A stretch of 64,000 nt of DNA from Lingula anatina (Eukaryota > Animalia > Brachiopoda). The notes below the pieces were generated by a model. That model ran no database searches, was not told the DNA's origin, and saw only the letters and a list, made by a program, of their open reading frames with translations. The position numbers and the translations under genes are program-made. The stretch covers positions 19,720,848-19,784,847 of the forward strand of contig CM120643.1 of assembly GCA_051362555.1 (NCBI GenBank), given 5' to 3'. Positions 60,482 through 64,000 of the stretch are shown piece by piece; position 1 is the stretch's first letter, and each line of letters starts with the position of its first letter.

Positions 60482-60553
60482 TGGCCCCGTATCTCGAAAT
60501 AGACACTTGCGCACGTGCGCAACATAGCGAACCTTTCGAGATACGGAGCCCAG
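60482..60553. mobile_element. ~70-bp miniature inverted-repeat element
   Basis: GGCCCCGTATCTCGAAA ... TTTCGAGATACGGAGCC around a central palindrome TTGCGCACGTGCGCAA. Confidence 0.55.
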
Positions 60554-62146
60554 GTCTATTAGGCTAGCTCATTATTACAATGTGTTCACCTGAGTTTATG
60601 AAAAGTATTCAGAATGTGCAACTAATGTCATCGAATGTCATAAATGTTAAAAGTTTAAAAAAACATCTTTTTCCCCATAGAATAATTAGACTGTCATTTT
60701 TTGCTAGTGGTTACAAAATGTTGAATTTGACCGAAAATTTCAAACTTTCTCTGGGAAGCTGTAATTTTGCGATGTGATAGCTACACCATCACAGTTTATC
60801 ATTTCATAAAAAGGGAAACAGCAGCTGCCCTTTTTAGGGCACACAGGAGAGTTGAACAGCTATACCCACCAAATCCAAGACGCGTTACCCTGGGTAATAT
60901 ATTTTGCACAAACTAATGAAAGTCTAATGGAATGTTTTCAGTTTTAGTTTAAATCATAAGGGGTGTTGTCTCAATGCTTCAAAACTGGGTTTGAAGAATT
61001 TAATCCACATTTCATAATTAATAAAAATGGTGAATATGTGGGTCACGGTAACGTTATTGACGCGGGTACAAAAACTTTTTATAATCATGTAAATAATAAC
61101 AATATTTTTGCTATTATCCATACACACTTCAATCATGAGGGGCACACCACTTTCACATGCTTTTAAAATGGAATTGACAAACACAGAGGAATAATGCACA
61201 TATTTTATTTACTGTAACTCTGTCACATGGGACACACACTGAACAAAGTTGATCTAAAGAATGTTCCAGATTGTAGTTTTTTATCTGAATTATTATTATT
61301 TTTTTATTATCATTTTAACACAATAAAGTTCAGTTAAATACAAAATTTAACAAAATGAAGTTCAGTGTAACACAAAGTTCATAATTATAACATTCTTCCT
61401 GACATATGTGGACCAATGGTGATATCTGTTTTGTGCTCACTAAGGCATCCACTCTTGGGATTCTGAAAAAAAATCACACAAAGAATCTGTTAACTTTGAT
61501 AACGAACAATGGATAACCTAAGATCACAAATAGTTTATTGCTTATTCAAACAAAGTACAGTGCATTATGAGTGGCAAACACGCATTACTGAGACACGTTT
61601 TCTTCACCCATTTTCGGTGCTTCATTGCGTAACGTAAGTGTTGCGAGTAATCCATTATTGATGTTTTTACAGACGGTTAAATTTTAAACGCACGGAATAC
61701 AGTGTAGCAGCTTAATTTAAGACAAAACTAAAAAAAAGTAATTCAATTTCGATGATTGAGTTTCGAGAACAAGAGAACATGAATACGGTATCACCGCGTC
61801 ACCATGTTCAATAAGACTTTTAGTCCCCCATGTGACACAGACGCAAAACGAAAGTTCAGACGAAGTCACCCTACTTATAGAATGGTAAAAATCAATCGGT
61901 ACACAAATATGTTGAAACAATTGAAGAAAAATGAAACGGAACTCATTATTTCTCACCTTCATACAAAGAAGATCCCTATAAACAATCCTGTGGCGGTTAA
62001 ATCGAGGGAATTACACCTGTGCCCTGCATCCTTCTCGACAGCGTCACTGACATGACATGTTATCAGAATGGGATACGCGCCAGTTTGAGCTGGTTTTTCA
62101 GTGTGCAAAAGAAGCCATTCGTGTACACGTAAGACGTCATCAGTTA

Positions 62147-62368
62147 AGCCCCCTTTACACTGGACGGCGTCCCTTCTGCGTCCAGCAGTTCGGCCCCATT
62201 TGAGAGTTAAAGAATTATAATACTTTATGTGCCGACAACTGGCCGACCATTGAGCATTCATTCTGATACCAAATCAATGCTCGTGCCTCCTTATTAAGAC
62301 CACAGCGATGTCAAATTTCATGGTCGCAGAAAGGACGCAGAAAGGACGCCGTCCAGTGTAAAGGGGGT
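62147..62368 (+). mobile_element. Harbinger-type MITE family 2
   Basis: TIR CCCCCTTTACACTGGACGGCGTCC / GGACGCCGTCCAGTGTAAAGGGGG; TTA...TTA TSD. Confidence 0.9.
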
Positions 62369-62580
62369 ATTAGTGAGGATGGAAGAAGATCGCTATCGAT
62401 GTATAATTTTCACGCGGCATTTTAAAGTCGTCTGATAAAAATCGATCTCTGAACTTTCAGCGTTGCGAACGTTATATTGGGACGCGGTGAAGAAAAATCG
62501 ACCTTGCTGAGCAATAAATGTGAAATTCTTAAGAAAACTGATATTATCATGGACTTCGTGACACAAACTAACCGACATAC

Positions 62581-64000
62581 TAGGGGAGACCGGGGCTAGC
62601 TGGACCCCGGGGTAAGTTGGCCCCCCGTCTATTTATGAAAAAGTAACTACGAGGTAAAAAAATTGGCCACATACTCTTGTAAAGTGACCGTAGCCTACAA
62701 TGCTAAGGAAGTGTCGGGCGTTAAAAAGTTTTACTTAAGCGGTGAGTCGAAATAAACGATTTTTGCACCTAAAAGTAGGGGAGACCGGGGCTAGTTGGCC
62801 CAGTTAGACACTTTTGGCCTTGTAGAGCCAACTAGGAATGGGTTAGAGTCACAAAACCGGTTTCAAAGTAAGCCCCATGAACTAAGCTACGTATGCAACG
62901 CCATTATTTTTCAAATATAATGCCAGACGACTCACAATTTGACAAAAACGCAGTTGACGTCAAGGGGGCCAACTTGCCCCGCCACGGGGCAAGTTGGCCC
63001 CAGGGTCGGGGCAAGTTGGCCCCCTATACGAAAATGAAGTATATATCCCATGTAAACGCCTTGAAATACATTTTTATACATTTTTAATTTATTAAATTGA
63101 ATTTTGAGACTCTTTGATGAATAAATAGTTCGAATGAGGCAGATTTTATGAGGTTTCCGTACGTCACGTTGTGGGGGGGGGGGGGGGGGGGGGGGGGTAT
63201 GTGTTGCAAGAACCAAAAAAATCTATCAATAAAATTTGTTTTGTTTTAGTTTAGAATAAATTAATAATGTTATAAAGCAGGTTTTTAATGAATGAAAACG
63301 AATAATCAATTTACATTTTAAAAGAAAGTAACAAATTCAGTTTTAAACCATTGAGTTTGTTTCAACAATGGTCTCTATCTAGGGAGGGGTGGAGAATCCC
63401 CTTGGGGCCACATATAACACTATAAATACAATAAAATCACCTTACAATGAATTAATGCAAAATAAATGTTTTTCTAAGAAAGTCCAATGGATTTGCTTTC
63501 TAATATATACAATCAACAGAACATTTCTAATATAAATTTTCGAAAAGACACCAGAGAGCAAATTTTTAAAAAATCAATCAGACGGTAAACACCGGCAAGC
63601 TTTGTCAATTTCACCAACTTGTTTATTTCAAACAGCGTTGCGCACAAAGGATTGTGGGTAATACGAGGGTCCAACTTGCCCCGAGTCAAGGGGGCCAACT
63701 AGCCCCGGGTGCACATTATTTATTTTAAAGGATGGTAGCCATTTATGGTGATAGAATGAACAACGATGATACATCTCTGTGAAACTTGAAACAATGAGCT
63801 TCAGTTTGATGCGATATACATATCTTATATTCGATCAAAAGCCTATGAAAATAGATTTTTAAATCTCTTAAACAAAATTTGTTACTTTCTTTTTAAAAGA
63901 AAATTTATTATTCTTTTTTTTCTTAATTTTTAATTTTTTCTTAATTAAAACAAAACAAATTTTTTTTATAGATATTTTGGTTCTTACAACACATGCCCCC
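62581..64000. mobile_element. Non-autonomous DNA transposon (TA-start, Tc1/mariner/pogo-like end), probably continuing past the window
   Basis: TA-GGGGAGACCGGGGCTAG at 62581, repeated at ~62776. Many direct and inverted GGGGCAAGTTGGCC subrepeats (62966-63024, 63668-63708). No transposase ORF. Confidence 0.6.

Noticed and set aside
60954-61199. Overlapping 67-81-aa ORFs, possibly a transposase fragment
   Set aside because: No complete DDE or other motif could be identified, and flanking frames are closed.

Overview
AT-rich animal genomic DNA, probably a lophotrochozoan such as a mollusc (inferred from the proteins and repeat types). It holds three spliced protein-coding genes whose exons I resolved to GT-AG boundaries. 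The first is the 3' part of a G-protein alpha-s gene (+, 9 exons, 2608-24985; the first exons lie upstream of the window). The other two are complete: MED27 (-, 8 exons, 31339-35274) and CEP76 (-, 12 exons, 39358-48960). The window also carries several MITE families, mini- and microsatellites, and a probable spliced lncRNA between MED27 and CEP76. The most interesting region is 49.2-60.0 kb, upstream of CEP76: seven diverged copies of a cassette with a near fixed-spacing PSE-like element plus TATA box (U6-type, type-3 Pol III geometry), each followed by a short sequence ending in an oligo-T run. Four copies predict structured RNAs of about 90-105 nt. One pair of these shows compensatory changes in its terminal stem, and the other pair is identical while its flanks diverge. 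The remaining three copies predict ~20-nt RNAs complementary to a shared 3' motif of the longer ones. I do not recognise this RNA family, and expression cannot be shown from sequence alone.
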